From Octopus sinensis (Eukaryota): a stretch of DNA of 64,000 nt. Position numbers and translations under genes: made by a program. Positions 41,150 through 55,712 of the stretch are shown here, piece by piece. The number at the start of each line of letters is the position of its first letter. The first letter of the stretch is position 1. The stretch lies in contig NC_042997.1 of assembly GCF_006345805.1 (NCBI RefSeq), forward strand, positions 144,026,001 through 144,090,000. The letters are read 5' to 3'. The notes beneath the pieces are model-generated. The model was not told where the DNA came from, made no database searches, and worked only from the letters and a program-made list of their open reading frames with translations.

Positions 41150-41510
41150 TACCTTTTACTTCCTTCAGTCATTAGAATGCGGCCCTGCTGGGGCACCGCC
41201 ATGAAGAATTTTTAGTTGAATGAATCGACTCCAGTTCTTATTTTCTTTAAGCCTGTTACTTATTCTATCGGTCGTTTCACCGAAGCGCTACGTTACGGAG
41301 AGATAAACACACCAACACCGGTTGTCAAGCACACACACATATGACGGCTTTCTTTCAGGTTCCGTTTATCAAATCCACTCACAAGGCTTTGATGCCTTCT
41401 ACTACAGCCCTAGGTTATAGAAAAAGATACTTTCCCAATGTGCCACGCTGTGGGGCCGAACCCAGAACCATGTGGCTGGCAAGCAAATTTCTTGTCACAC
41501 AGCCACGAGT
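41150..41510 (-). mobile_element. S2 SINE, degenerate
   Basis: S2 blocks. Confidence 0.7.
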
Positions 41511-41782
41511 AACAATATACAATATAAAAAAAACTCTCAAAAACAAAAGAAAATAAAGACTGAAGTAACTGGTGATTTAATTGTCAGTTTATGTGTTAGA
41601 TAAGATAGCCCGGTGTTGAGAGAAAAGGCGTTTTATATTCCGAGTTACGCCTTCGCCTGAAACCGAATACCATGTTATTACATTCCTTTAATTGAATAGT
41701 TCTGGCGTATCGTCATCGTCGTCGTCGTCGTCGTCACCATCATCATCATCAACCATTGTCGTCATTATCAACATTATTATTA

Positions 41783-41890
41783 TTTCATATATGCACAACA
41801 TATTAGACTGTTCTACCATCGGGCTACAAGAAGTAAACTTAGATGTCAAAACCCTTCCTATGTATCCTAGATGTCCCTAATGATACTAGA
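41783..41890 (-). mobile_element. Family G 3' end
   Basis: Homologous to 2409-2520. Confidence 0.6.
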
Positions 41891-41894
41891 TTAT

Positions 41895-42405
41895 TATCGT
41901 GAAGATTGCCCCGCTGATTTTTTTTTTTACCCGGGAAATACAGGTTGTCTTTATAATCCTGGTGGCCATGGCGAAAGAGGTTGTATGGTGGACGAGACTA
42001 AAGGAGCTGAAGACAAATACTTTTCTCCTTAGCCAATCCCTGATCACTTGAAGAGGAAAATAAGGATAGAGAAGGAAGTGTTGCCCTCTAGCCAGTTTGC
42101 TTGGAAGATGGATGTGAGTGACGAGAATGGTGCGAGTGAACGGACTTGCCCTGAGCATACACCTGTAATTGGAGAAAAGGAAATGAGAAAAGGTACCTGT
42201 CCCAGACGTCAGGGCACCCATGCTTTTATGGAGGTTTTCCATTAGCAGCCCCCGAACGTCTCCTCCATATTGAAATCTTTTCCCTCTTATGTTAAACTTC
42301 TTTACATGCAAAACTCTCACAATACACATTCACGGATATTCTTTATTTTATCCTGTACCGTCTATAATGTTTTTTTAATGTAAATACTACGTAGTCAATA
42401 AAGAA
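41895..42405 (+). mobile_element. Tx1/L1-group LINE 3' end
   Basis: LVAMAKEVVWWTRLKELKTNTFL...HLKRKIRIEKEVL, then a T-rich 3' UTR ending AATAAAGAAATC. The clade assignment is from recall of C-terminal motifs. Confidence 0.5.
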
Positions 42406-42432
42406 ATCATCATACTATTATTATTATTATTA

Positions 42433-42477
<45 letters not shown>

Positions 42478-42495
42478 TTATTATTATTATTATTA

Positions 42496-42535
<40 letters not shown>

Positions 42536-42536
<1 letters not shown>

Positions 42537-43021
42537 GACTGAGAGAGCAGTGCATGCCATCAAAGTGACACTGGGGTAAAATATACGAAGCCCAGTATAC
42601 CCATCACGACTTCCCGTCTGATAAGGGTACATCAGGCACATGCATCACAACCATATGTGTACAACATGGTGATCTCATATCAAGATAAACAGCGTATGAC
42701 CTAGCAGGTGGGACCCAGAATTTTCTTCTGGGCGAGTAACCCATCCCGCTCAAAAGGTCCCTGAATAAGGATTGTTTAAGGATGTTGAAGAAACCACCCA
42801 TGTTTCCAGAGGTGAATTATCCAAACCCCAAAGAATTCCTTTCAGCGCACAGCTATGATGCTCCCCCATTACTTCTGCTCATGATCAGAGATGCACATAT
42901 CATCAGCCTCTAAGGGACATGGTCAACTGGTTAAGGTCAAACAACTAACTAGAAAATCTGAGGTGTGGAGCAGAATATTTGCTGTAGTCCACCTTTTATA
43001 CCAAGACAAAACAATGTACAT
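42536..43021 (-). mobile_element. Family H retroposon
   Basis: Homologous to 184-715. Confidence 0.8.
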
Positions 43022-43045
43022 CATTATTATTACTATTATTATTAT

Positions 43046-45345
43046 TCAGTAGTTTTATTTTTATAGCGTGCTTTCACTTCACTACCGAGCGCAGCTCTGT
43101 GTGCCTTGGGTATGTGCTGTGATTTGTTGTGATGCTCTGATGGTTATTGTATGGAAAGTGTTCTGCGTAGGATGTGTGCAGTGCCTAGTAGTGCAATTTT
43201 CTGTATGTTATATGTGTTTGTAAGTCCTGGTGTTTTTGTTATGTATTTGTCTGAATATTTTTTTATCATGCCTAATGCACCTACTATGATAGGAATTGTT
43301 TCTGTTTTCAGATTCCACATTCTAGTTACCTCTATTTCCAGGTCTTTATATTTTGAGAGTTTCTCCATTTCTTTTAGAGACACGTTGTCATCAGCCGGTA
43401 TTGATACATCAATTAGAAAGCATTTTTTTCTTCATGGTCTCTGACAACTATATCTGGTCTGTTGGCCTTAATTTCTCTATCTGTGTGTATCGGCATATCC
43501 CAGAGTATGGTTGCTTTCTCGTTTTCTGTGACCTTTTCTGGTGTGCGCCTATACCATCTTTTTTCTGTTGTTATTCCATAATGTTGGCATAGCTTCCAAT
43601 GTATGTAGGTTCCAGGACTGGGCAGCTAGAGATAATATGATTTATTGTTTCTTGTCCATCTCCACATATTCTGCAGTTACTTGTAATATTTCTTTTCATC
43701 ACATGTCTTTGGTAATTTCTGGTGGGGAGGCTTTGGTCTTGTGCTGCAATTAAAAATCCCTCTGTTTCTGCTTTGAGTCCTGAGCTTCTCAACCATTGCT
43801 GGGATTTTTCTTTGTCTATTTCTTTTGCGTTTAGTTTAGTCCAGTATTTACCATGAAGGGGCTTTTCTTGCCATCGTTTTATCATGGTTCGTTGCTGTTC
43901 TATTTTTAGTTTGGATTTCATTTGTTTTATAGCTTTTGTTGTTTCTTCATCTTCTTCTTCTTCTTCATGTTTATTAGGTGGTATGATTTCTTGTTTGTAT
44001 TTGTCAGCTTCCTTAAATACTGAGAACAGTTTTTTGTTTTGCTCGTGTTTTGCCGCTATCTGGATCAGTTTTCCTTCCTTCTGAAGTAGGTATTTTTGCA
44101 GTCCTATGGTGGTTATTTTATAGTAGTTTTCCTTCTATACGTTGTATATATAGTCTTTCTATGTCAGATTTTGGGTGATGCATCCTAGATCCTGTCATTA
44201 TTTTTCTTGTTTTCCTATCTATTTTGGTCAGTTCATTTCGTGTCCAGTTAAGGATATTGTAGCTGTAACTTATAATTGGGACAGCTAAGGTGTTGATACC
44301 TATTATCTTGTTTTTAGCATTGAGCTCTGTGTTTAGTATTGATCTAACTCGTCTATAATATTCTTTTTTTATTTTCTCTTTCATTTGTGTGTGTTGTGTC
44401 TTATCTAGTTCATGGATTCCTAAGTATTTGTAAGTTTGGCTTTGGTCTAATTCTTTTATTTCATTGGTTTTATCTAGTGTGATGTTGTTACTCTTAACTA
44501 GTTTTCCTCTTTTCAGGGTTACTTTGGCGCATTTTTCTAATCCAAATTTCATATCTATTTCTTTGGTAAATCCATGAACTGTCTTTAATAGTGTTTCCAG
44601 CTGTTTGTCATTTGCAGCGTATAGTTTTAGGTCATCCATATATAAAAGGTGGCTGATCGTTTTGCCGTAACATTTATATCCGCATCCAGTTCTATTTAGC
44701 ATATCAGATAGAGGTGACAGTGCCAAGCAGAAAAGGAGTGGAGAGAGCGTGTCTCCCTGGAATATTCCTTTTCTAATGGGGATGTCTTTGGTTTTCATGA
44801 GTCCCTCTTTTGTTTGGAGGTGTAGGACTGTTTGCCATTTATTCATAGAGTGCTCTATGAATTTTATGATTGTTGGTGCTACTTTGTTAATGGCTAGTGT
44901 TTCGAGGATCCATGTGTGGGGGATGCTATCAAACGCCTTTTTGTAGTCAATCCAGGCCATACTGAGGCCTTTCTTCTTTCTGTGGCTGTCTTCAGTTATG
45001 GCTTTATTAATCATTAGTTGATCTTTACAGCCATATGAGCCTTTGCGGCATCCTTTCTGCTCTTCTGGGAACAGTTTGTTTTCGTCCAGGTGCTTGTTCA
45101 GCCTTTGTGATATCACTGCAGTAAATGCCTTGAACATAGTAGGGAGGCAGGTTATTGGTCTGTAGTTTTCTGGTTTTTCTGTTTCATTTGATTTGGGAAT
45201 TAAGATGGTTTTCCCCTTCGTGAGCCATTCAGGCATTGTCTCTGGCTCTGCTAGTACGTTGTTAAAGTTTTCAGCCAGCTTTTTGTGCATTCCTGTTAGA
45301 TATTTCAACCAGAAGTTGGGGATCTTGTCATGCCCAGGTGCCTTC

Positions 45346-45346
<1 letters not shown>
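43046..45346 (-). mobile_element. R4/Dong-like family A element, longest copy (RT + CCHC + RLE + 3' UTR), 5'-truncated
   Basis: Begins WKAPGHDKIPNFWLKYL directly after (TAA)n. It has the same 3' end as 815 and two short internal deletions relative to copy 815-2325. Confidence 0.93.
44118..45308 (-). pseudogene. Reverse transcriptase ORF (396 aa) of the family A element
   Basis: NYRPITCL, WIDYKKAFDSIPH, GIFQGDTLSPLLF, LLYMDDLKLY (catalytic YMDD), FGLEKC and YKYLGI. It runs out of frame at a deletion near 44130. Confidence 0.93.
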
Positions 45347-45429
<83 letters not shown>

Positions 45430-45685
45430 TATTATTATTGCTGTTGTTGTTGTTGTTGTTGTTATTATTATTATTATTAATACTAATATTGTTGTTGTTG
45501 TTTAAAAAAAAATCTCACAGATTCAGAGGGAGAAAGTGGGAGAGAGAAGTTTGCCTGAACACGAACAAACATACAGATATTGAGTCACACTCATTTAAAT
45601 ATACAGTTCTTGTGTGCGCGTGTGCGTGGGCGTGTGTGTGTATGCGTGTGTATGCGTATGTAGTAGTAGTAGTAGTAGTAGTAGT

Positions 45686-45722
<37 letters not shown>

Positions 45723-46977
45723 CAGCAGCAGTGGTGGTGGTTGAGGTGTTGTTGCTGGTGGCGGTGATCGTCGTCGTCGTCGTCTTATATATTTTGTGAT
45801 TGTACATGATGAATTACTCTGTGTCCAGAAACTATGTATAACTGCGGAAGTTAGATAAATAAATAAAAGATGCAGAGTTAAATAAATAAATAAATAAAAT
45901 GAATAAAGAAATAAATATAAGTAGAGGTTAAATGAATGAAGGAATAGAGATGTCAGTATTAGTTGTCACACACTGACTGAAATACTACACGTTACAAACT
46001 CTCACAAGCGCTGGATGTCATAGTATTCATGTCTGGCCAAATAATCGTATACTTCCGGTATGATGGGATTCCATCTTTTGATTTGCACACAAGATGACAG
46101 ACATTGCAGTACAGTACAATAATAGATACATTATAATTGTTGCAAGGACCTTGCTAGTTGAAGCGATCTAATTTATATGACATCTAAGTTGAACTGCATC
46201 TGATCAAAAGGTGGCATGTTGAATTACAAATGTCTGTTTTGAGCGATATAGACGCCTAGATTGAAGGTCTGGTGTTTATTTTATTTTATTTTACTTCTGC
46301 GAACAGAATATCGATTTTCTAATGTTAAAATAGAACCGAATATAGCTTCTGTACACTTACATAGTTTGTTTGTGAAAATATTGAGTTTGCCAGGTGTTAA
46401 AAACATTATTCTATAATTCGTCAGTATAATCTAAAAGACTCGCTGCATACAGATAAAGTTTTGCTCTTTCCAATGCAGGTTACATTTGCGTGTGAAAACA
46501 TATTTAATAAAGTAAAGTACGGTTGACCTCCCTCCAATCCACTGGTAAGGAAATACATCTTGGTAACATGGAATATGATTTTGATAATTCTTTTATGTAT
46601 CTGTGTGATAGAAACATCCTCGGCTCCCTTGCCCTTTTTCTAACATCCAGAACGTAACAACTGAAGCGAGAAAGGGATGCACCAGCACTCAGCTTGTTCA
46701 GACTTACAGCAGACTAGACAGGACCGGCATGAAATGAAGTAGATTCTGAATAAAGGATACAAAGCGCCCGCCCTCTCCAAGAATTAAAAATCCTTGACAT
46801 TAGCCTGTATCTTATGATCACAAAGTCAAAGTTTAGATTGCTGGAAAGAGGGAAATCAAGAAAGAGCCTAGCTTAAACGAGGTGAATCTTTGTTAGAATT
46901 GTAAAATATCATTTGTAATAGTATTTGTGAGACAGTGGCCTTACGAACCATCGACTATTACCCTTAATGGTGTTTTC

Positions 46978-47176
46978 TGATTTATGCACAAGGCCAGCAA
47001 ATTTGAAAAGAAGAAGTAAGTCGATACTATCGACCCAGTTCTTGACAGGCACTTTATTTTATCGACCCCCAACTGGACGAAATGTGATATTTGATCATGG
47101 CGGAATTTGAACTCAGAAATGTAAATAACCAGGACAGAAATTGCAAAGCACATTTTCCAACGTTCTGCCAATTCGC
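46978..47176 (-). mobile_element. S1 SINE, degenerate
   Basis: Reverse-complement S1 blocks. Confidence 0.65.
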
Positions 47177-48039
47177 CATAATGATGAGAAAACTTCATTA
47201 GCTTAATTATTAAATTTGGTGAAGAAAAGTAAATTACAAATAATTACGAAAGCTAATATCTTTTCTGCATCACTACAAGTGTAATTTAAATTAATCACAG
47301 TATTTGGTGCACAGCATTAAGTACATTAACACACCTCCTACGATAAGATTTTTCTATGCAGTTCTTTCTCCTCCATATACTATTCTTATAAGTTTTCCTG
47401 CCTCGGTCGCTCAAAATTATAATACCTCTTTGTCATTTAGAATTTGGCAAGTACTAATATAACCGAAACGCGTCGAGTGTTGTTATTGTACTTACTGAGG
47501 ATCTCAATCTACCATATTTATACTTAAAAAGGATTTTAAATTTCGAAGATGTCTCTGTTGATATTCCTCATTTTCGATTTTCTTAATTCACATTTAAAAC
47601 ATACTTTGTCATTTGTGCAAGTTTAATTAATTAAATATCCCCCAACTACATTAAATAAATTATACCTTACTTAAGTGAATGTTGTTCATGTGAAAAGCGT
47701 CATTAAGTAACTTTTCCCCCAGTGATTTTTAATGTGGTTTACAGCTCTGCGTTCTAATTATTTCTTTATAACATGTATGCACATATAACATGTATGAATG
47801 TATACGCATACATACATATATTCATGTATATACATGTATGAATAAGTATATATACATATATATGCATATGCATATATATACATATATATATACGCACATA
47901 TAAATACATGCATAAATATATACGCAAATATATATATATATATGCAAATACATACTCACACGCATACATACATACATACAATCATACATACATACATACA
48001 TGCATACATACATACGTACTACCATGCATACATGCGTAC

Positions 48040-48290
48040 AAGTGCTTCGAAGCATTGAACTTCAAAATCCAGATTATAAATTCACATTTATAACGATAAT
48101 GATTAGTGTACAAGGTTTTGTGAGTAAATACATAAGTGACAATCTGGAAAAGCTAAGGTTTTGAGGAAAAGAAATTATTCAAGTAACATAACAAATACAA
48201 TAGGTAAGTGGAACAATAAAAATATACAAGACTTTCTCAAATTGAACGTGACATTGTTATCAATGTTCCAAAGAGGACTTCATATAATTT
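48040..48290 (+). mobile_element. RLE non-LTR 3' fragment, family I
   Basis: Homologous to 49720-50000 (ATTATAAATTCACATTTATA...AAGACTTT.CTCAA). Confidence 0.6.
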
Positions 48291-48754
48291 AAGATAGAAA
48301 AGGTCATTCAGCCATTCGCCCATCGATCCATGCATACGTCCATCCATCCATACATACATGCATGCATACGTGCATACATTCATACATACGTACGTACATA
48401 CATACATACATACATACATACATACATACATACATACATACATACATACATACAGCCTTCGAATGTCGCATAGACTCTCTCAGACAGCATTTGCTAAACA
48501 ACAGCAGGAAAAAATAGATACATTAACTTTGTGCTTGAAAGTGAAGAAAACAATATCTTATGTGTTTGGAAGTGAGCTCCCCAGGAAGTAATCTCTTCCT
48601 GGTGACCTCCCATACAACCCCCAAAACAGCTAGACTAAGATATCTCGAAGAAATCCTGCATGTGAAACATTCCGCATACCAAAAAAATAAAACAAAACAA
48701 AACAACAACACGTAGGTATGTTTCCCGATTCCTTAAAGATGACACTAGTATTCT

Positions 48755-49165
48755 TTTCTACTCTAGGCACAAGGCCCGAAATTTTGGGGGAGCGGGGTCA
48801 GGCGATTAGATCGACTCCAGTACGCAACTGATACTTAATTTATCAACCCCGAAAAGATGAAAAGCAAAGTCGACCTCGGCGGAATTTGAACTCAGAACGT
48901 AAAGACAGATGAAATACTGCTAAGCATTTCGCCCGGCGTGCTAAGGTTTCTTATTTCTTTACTAGCCACAAAGGGCTAAACATAGAGGGGACAAACAAGG
49001 ACAGACAAACGGATTAAGTCGATTATATCGACCCCAGTGTGTAACTAGTACTTGATTTATCGACCTCGAAAGGATGAAAGGCAAAGTCGACCTCGGCGGA
49101 ATTTGAACTCAGAACGTAATGGCATTTCGCCCGTCCTGCAAACGTTTCTGCCAGCTCGCCGTCTT
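48755..49165 (-). mobile_element. Two adjacent S1 SINEs
   Basis: Two reverse-complement S1 bodies. Confidence 0.85.
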
Positions 49166-49174
49166 AAAGTTAAC

Positions 49175-50000
49175 ACTAGTATTGACAGGAAACGAAGCCT
49201 CCCTTGGGCTTGTGACCACTACTTCATATCACACTTTGAAAGCTATGTATTTGTAATCCATGAACATGAGATTGCTACAAAATACCTTATCAACAAAAGA
49301 GACAATGAAACCGTTGGATGTTCAAGATGCAACGGAAAATGTAGATGGTGTCAAATTTTTGTGGAAGACATCACACGTGATTAGTAGCTGTCCCAAAATG
49401 TCATCAAGATTCTACTTCCCTATGCTATAAAACGATGGCGTATAAACAATACGCAATACTATTCAGAAAAAGGACTGTCTTGATATAAATATAGAGAATC
49501 CCCTGTAATTGAATATATTCATAAACATCAGCACAAAGAATACTGGTGGAACAATCCCATCAAAATATCTGTCAAGTTTAAGTATAACAGGCTAAATATT
49601 ATTGTTTGAGAAAGACAAGAAAAAGTAAATACTGCCACTGAGGTCAACAGTCCTGCTGATGTGAATATTTCTTTGAAATCAAAGAAAATGAAGATAACTA
49701 TGGACAACTGCCTCGAAACTTCCAGCTTCTAAATCTATATTATAAATTCACATTTATACCAATAATAGTTGGTGTACTTGGTTTTGTGTGTAATAACAAT
49801 AATAATAAAGCGTATGTTTTTGTTGTTATTTATCGTGGTTTCCGCTCGTTTCTTTTCCCATTTTTTTGGATATGCTAGGGTTTCCAAATAAGGAAATCAA
49901 ACAACTAACTCGCACATTACAAATACAACCTGTAAGTGGACTATTGAAAATATGCAAGACTTTTCTCAAGTTTAAAATGCGACAAGGTTTTTATTATCTA
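49175..50000 (+). mobile_element. RLE non-LTR 3' portion, family I (degenerate)
   Basis: HEIATKYL...KCRWCQIFVEDITHVISSCPKMSSRFY, EYWWN.PIK, EV.SPADVN, FTFIPIIVGVLG. It is interrupted by an insert of about 85 bp at 49785-49872. Confidence 0.75.
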
Positions 50001-50111
50001 CAATCCAATGATAGAGCTCTGTATCTTTGTTAGAAACTAGATCCTTCCTAAGAGGAAGAATCTAAATAATTAAAAACGAAGAGAACACACACACACACAC
50101 ACACACACATA

Positions 50112-51347
50112 CAGGAGTTGAACAAAACGATTGGAACACGTGTTAAATTCAATGAATATTTAATATGGAGTTGGCCATCCTTTAGCTTACTGAACAGCTT
50201 CGATGTATCTAGGAATTGAATCATACAATTTCCTGACTTCATTGAGAGGAATCTTGAGCCATTCTTCCTACAAAACATGCTCCAGCTGTTGCAGACACGA
50301 CAGTGGAGGATAACGACTTCTAACTTGTCGTTCCGAGATGTACCACAGATGCTCAATAATATTAAGATCTGCAGATTGAGGCGGGAGCATTCCCTGTGTT
50401 GTAGCTCACTATTATACTCTTCATATCAACTCTTAACCACCTGAGCGGTGTGTAATGGGGCATTGTCATCTTGGAAGCTGCACTCACCAACCGTGGGAAG
50501 GACTTGATTTCCCAAAATATTCAGATAAGTATTACTGTTGATCCTATCATGCAGAGCAACGATTGGACCAAGAGAATTCCAAGAAATGGCTGCCCAACCC
50601 ATCACAGTCTCTCCTCGGTACGTCACTGTAGGAAAAAGTCAGTCAGGATTAAAAGATGCCTCCACACATAAACTCGCCCAGCAGTGGAGAAAAGAGAAAA
50701 ACTGGACTCGTCGGAGAATATTACTTACTTCCATTGGACAGCTGACCATCCCTTGTGATCTCTACACCAGTTCAGCCTTTTCTGAATGTTTTGATGCAAA
50801 AGCAGAGGTTTCCTGATGGCGGCTCTTCCATGAAATCCAGCTTTATTGAACTCACAGCAAACAGTTTTGGCCGAAACTGGGCTAGTCTGATGTTGATTCA
50901 ACTCTGTGGATACTTAGGAGCAGTTGTCCGGTGATTTTTCATCACAATGCGATTCAACATTCGTTGGTCTCTTCCAGTGAGCTTCGAAGTCCTGCTGGAA
51001 TTACTCCTCCTACTGGAGGTTTTGCCATGATTCTCAAATCCAGTCATGATCCTTGATATGGTAGCTCCCGAAAAACCAAGGAGTTCAACTGCTCTGATGA
51101 CGGAAGCTCCTGCCATTCGAGCTCCAACAGTTTGCCCTTTTTCAAATTTAGTGTGGTCACGCATCTTAGCTTAATTTATACTACGATCTGAAAAAGAGAT
51201 AGAAATAATCATTAAATTAGACAAATAAAACCATCTACAAGACAAAAACAAAAACACTCAATGAAATTTGGATGGATATTCGTAATATAATGGCTCATTG
51301 AAATATTGGAGTTAAATTTCTACTGTTCCAATTATTTTGTCCAACCC
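50112..51347 (-). mobile_element. Tc1-family DNA transposon remnant
   Basis: TA|CAGGAGTTGAACAAAACGATTGGAACA TIR (50112-50138) and TGTTCCAATTATTTTGTCCAACCC (51324-51347). Transposase pieces: HTH (50898-51164) and VMGWAAIS...FQDDNAPLH (50426-50626). Confidence 0.88.
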
Positions 51348-51365
51348 AGAAAAGTCAGGATATGC

Positions 51366-51389
<24 letters not shown>

Positions 51390-51400
<11 letters not shown>

Positions 51401-53482
51401 GTGTGTGTGTGTGTGTATCTATGTATCTATGCATGTATATATTTATACATATATGTATGTATATATATATAATATATACATACATATATGTAATATATAT
51501 ATACATACATACTTATATATATACACATATATATATATACATACATATATATACATATATACATATATATACACACATATATATATATGTATATGTATAT
51601 ACATACATACATATCCTGACTTTTGTATATTTGACCGAATTTATGACACTCAATTATTTTCAAGTCGAAATATACCCGCTCCTACTGAAACTATTGACGT
51701 AATTTTAAAAGGCACACCCCGTTCTTTTTAACGAGAAGATAAAATTGAATTTATATCTATATAATTGTTCTTTCTGTAATATGATACTGGACAAGTTAAA
51801 AAAGTTTTAAAATATCATTTTGATTTTAGTATACAGGGTAATTTGTCCTTCCATTTTCCAATCTCATATCTCCACCTAAAAGAAACTCTAACTGACACAA
51901 ACCACTGTTAACCTCCTCAAATATTCATGTTTATTGGGACTTAGGTGGTAATGTATCAAGAGAACTTTCTTTTGTTTAAGGTGTTTTAGGAATTTAAATC
52001 CTCGCTTGGATATAGATCCAAATCGATTAGAGACAAGTTACACAATTATTTTGATTGTACACCAAGTAAACATTTGTAGTGTCTGCCTAAAAACTTTTTG
52101 CTATCTAGATTTATGTGAAAGTTGTGCATGGTGATTTGGTTTTGGTACTTTTGGTACTTTACTATGAGAGCTAATCGTTTTTCTTTCCCAAAGCGTGGTT
52201 GTATGAAGGAGAAATTCTCTTTGCATCTATGAAGTACCAGTTTTGATCCTGTTGCATGATATCTCTCTTGTGCAAGAGTCTTCTGTCATAACCTTGGTCG
52301 ATCAAAGATTTTGAAGGAAAATTGTAGACAAAAGTTAATCAAAAGATTGTTCTATTTCTCTCTCTCTCTTGTATGGTATTTGATATACCTGTATTTGTCT
52401 ATGTTGTTCAGAAAAAATTCCCTGGCCACTCTGACTTATTTCTCTTAGCTTATTTTCTTATCTGATGGAAAATAACAGACGTCGAGAGGAAAAGATCAAA
52501 CGTTGGAGATGCAAAGAGCGACTCGCACTTCCTCGTCCTCCACCTTCTCTCCCCTGTGATAACAGCTCCCGACTCTTCTATACTATCCTTAGCCTGTACA
52601 GCCATCTCAGGCACCAGAGCACTTCACACCCATCAAGATGAAGAGGCTCAACCACTGGCTACAAATCAACTATACGGATACGAATTAACGCCGACGATAT
52701 AAATTATCTTGCCTTTAAATGTAATCTATCCTTTCTAATTTATAAGTCTCAGGCTCTTGGCTACCGTAAATTTGGTTGGATAGTTGTCGAGCTGCTGACG
52801 GTTATTGAGTCAGAAACACATGTTTATGACCGCGTCCTCGTCTCCATACAATAAGCCTCTCTTTTTCTTAATGACGTTAAAGTTGGAGAATTCTCGAGTC
52901 ATGAGATTATCTCCCCTTCTCGCGAGGAACTGGTTTTAATTGCCTTTTGGTAATTATGACACATCCTCTAGAGGTTGAGATAATTTTAATAAATCAAGAA
53001 TTCATGTTGTATGATATTAGATGTACCTGTATCTAGCTATGTTGTTGAAATACTTTCCAATGACCACTCGACGAAAATCCTTTGAAACCGCTCTCCAATA
53101 ACCAAAACCAATAAAAGAATATTAAAAACATGTTACAAAAGACAAAAAAATTTTCACTGAATCTCATCGAATTTGAAGTTTCTCATATATATATATATAT
53201 ATATATATAGTATATATATATGTATATATATATATATACCAGTAATATAGCTGGGTTGAGTCGACTTAATGTTATCTGCTTCTAGAATTTTTTTAAAAAT
53301 GTATACGGTAGATGATGAAGGAACATTGTTGAAGAAAAGGTTGAAAAAACGAAATTGTTGATAAGAAATGTCACTGTTTTCTTAACCATGTTACTATTGT
53401 TTTCTCTGTTTTCTCTACTATTTTCAGCATGAAGTGCATTTCGTAAATATAATCCGTATTCTCATCAAATTATTTCCTATTT

Positions 53483-53541
<59 letters not shown>

Positions 53542-53544
53542 TGT

Positions 53545-53577
<33 letters not shown>

Positions 53578-55335
53578 CTATGTATCTATGCATGTATATA
53601 TTTATACATATATGTATGTATATATATATAATATATACATACATATATGTAATATATATATACATACATACTTATATATATACACATATATATATATACA
53701 TACATATATATACATATATACATATATATACACACATATATATATATGTATATGTATATACATACATACATATCCTGACTTTTGTATATTTGACCGAATT
53801 TATGACACTCAATTATTTTCAAGTCGAAATATACCCGCTCCTACTGAAACTATTGACGTAATTTTAAAAGGCACACCCCGTTCTTTTTAACGAGAAGATA
53901 AAATTGAATTTATATCTATATAATTGTTCTTTCTGTAATATGATACTGGACAAGTTAAAAAAGTTTTAAAATATCATTTTGATTTTAGTATACAGGGTAA
54001 TTTGTCCTTCCATTTTCCAATCTCATATCTCCACCTAAAAGAAACTCTAACTGACACAAACCACTGTTAACCTCCTCAAATATTCATGTTTATTGGGACT
54101 TAGGTGGTAATGTATCAAGAGAACTTTCTTTTGTTTAAGGTGTTTTAGGAATTTAAATCCTCGCTTGGATATAGATCCAAATCGATTAGAGACAAGTTAC
54201 ACAATTATTTTGATTGTACACCAAGTAAACATTTGTAGTGTCTGCCTAAAAACTTTTTGCTATCTAGATTTATGTGAAAGTTGTGCATGGTGATTTGGTT
54301 TTGGTACTTTACTATGAGAGCTAATCGTTTTTCTTTCCCAAAGCGTGGTTGTATGAAGGAGAAATTCTCTTTGCATCTATGAAGTACCAGTTTTGATCCT
54401 GTTGCATGATATCTCTCTTGTGCAAGAGTCTTCTGTCATAACCTTGGTCGATCAAAGATTTTGAAGGAAAATTGTAGACAAAAGTTAATCAAAAGATTGT
54501 TCTATTTCTCTCTCTCTCTTGTATGGTATTTGATATACCTGTATTTGTCTATGTTGTTCAGAAAAAATTCCCTGGCCACTCTGACTTATTTCTCTTAGCT
54601 TATTTTCTTATCTGATGGAAAATAACAGACGTCGAGAGGAAAAGATCAAACGTTGGAGATGCAAAGAGCGACTCGCACTTCCTCGTCCTCCACCTTCTCT
54701 CCCCTGTGATAACAGCTCCCGACTCTTCTATACTATCCTTAGCCTGTACAGCCATCTCAGGCACCAGAGCACTTCACACCCATCAAGATGAAGAGGCTCA
54801 ACCACTGGCTACAAATCAACTATACGGATACGAATTAACGCCGACGATATAAATTATCTTGCCTTTAAATGTAATCTATCCTTTCTAATTTATAAGTCTC
54901 AGGCTCTTGGCTACCGTAAATTTGGTTGGATAGTTGTCGAGCTGCTGACGGTTATTGAGTCAGAAACACATGTTTATGACCGCGTCCTCGTCTCCATACA
55001 ATAAGCCTCTCTTTTTCTTAATGACGTTAAAGTTGGAGAATTCTCGAGTCATGAGATTATCTCCCCTTCTCGCGAGGAACTGGTTTTAATTGCCTTTTGG
55101 TAATTATGACACATCCTCTAGAGGTTGAGATAATTTTAATAAATCAAGAATTCATGTTGTATGATATTAGATGTACCTGTATCTAGCTATGTTGTTGAAA
55201 TACTTTCCAATGACCACTCGACGAAAATCCTTTGAAACCGCTCTCCAATAACCAAAACCAATAAAAGAATATTAAAAACATGTTACAAAAGACAAAAAAA
55301 TTTTCACTGAATCTCATCGAATTTGAAGTTTCTCA

Positions 55336-55369
<34 letters not shown>

Positions 55370-55613
55370 CCAGTAATATAGCTGGGTTGAGTCGACTTAA
55401 TGTTATCTGCTTCTAGAATTTTTTTAAAAATGTATACGGTAGATGATGAAGGAACATTGTTGAAGAAAAGGTTGAAAAAACGAAATTGTTGATAAGAAAT
55501 GTCACTGTTTTCTTAACCATGTTACTATTGTTTTCTCTGTTTTCTCTACTATTTTCAGCATGAAGTGCATTTCGTAAATATAATCCGTATTCTCATCAAA
55601 TTATTTCCTATTT

Positions 55614-55712
<99 letters not shown>

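Noticed and set aside
46708-46745. Possible 38-nt minus-strand exon (TTTATTCAG|...|GTAAGT)
   Set aside because: The splice words alone are expected by chance in 64 kb, and no peptide is recognisable.
47463-47480. CCGAAACGCGTCG, a typical hammerhead 3' half
   Set aside because: There is no CUGANGA core upstream.
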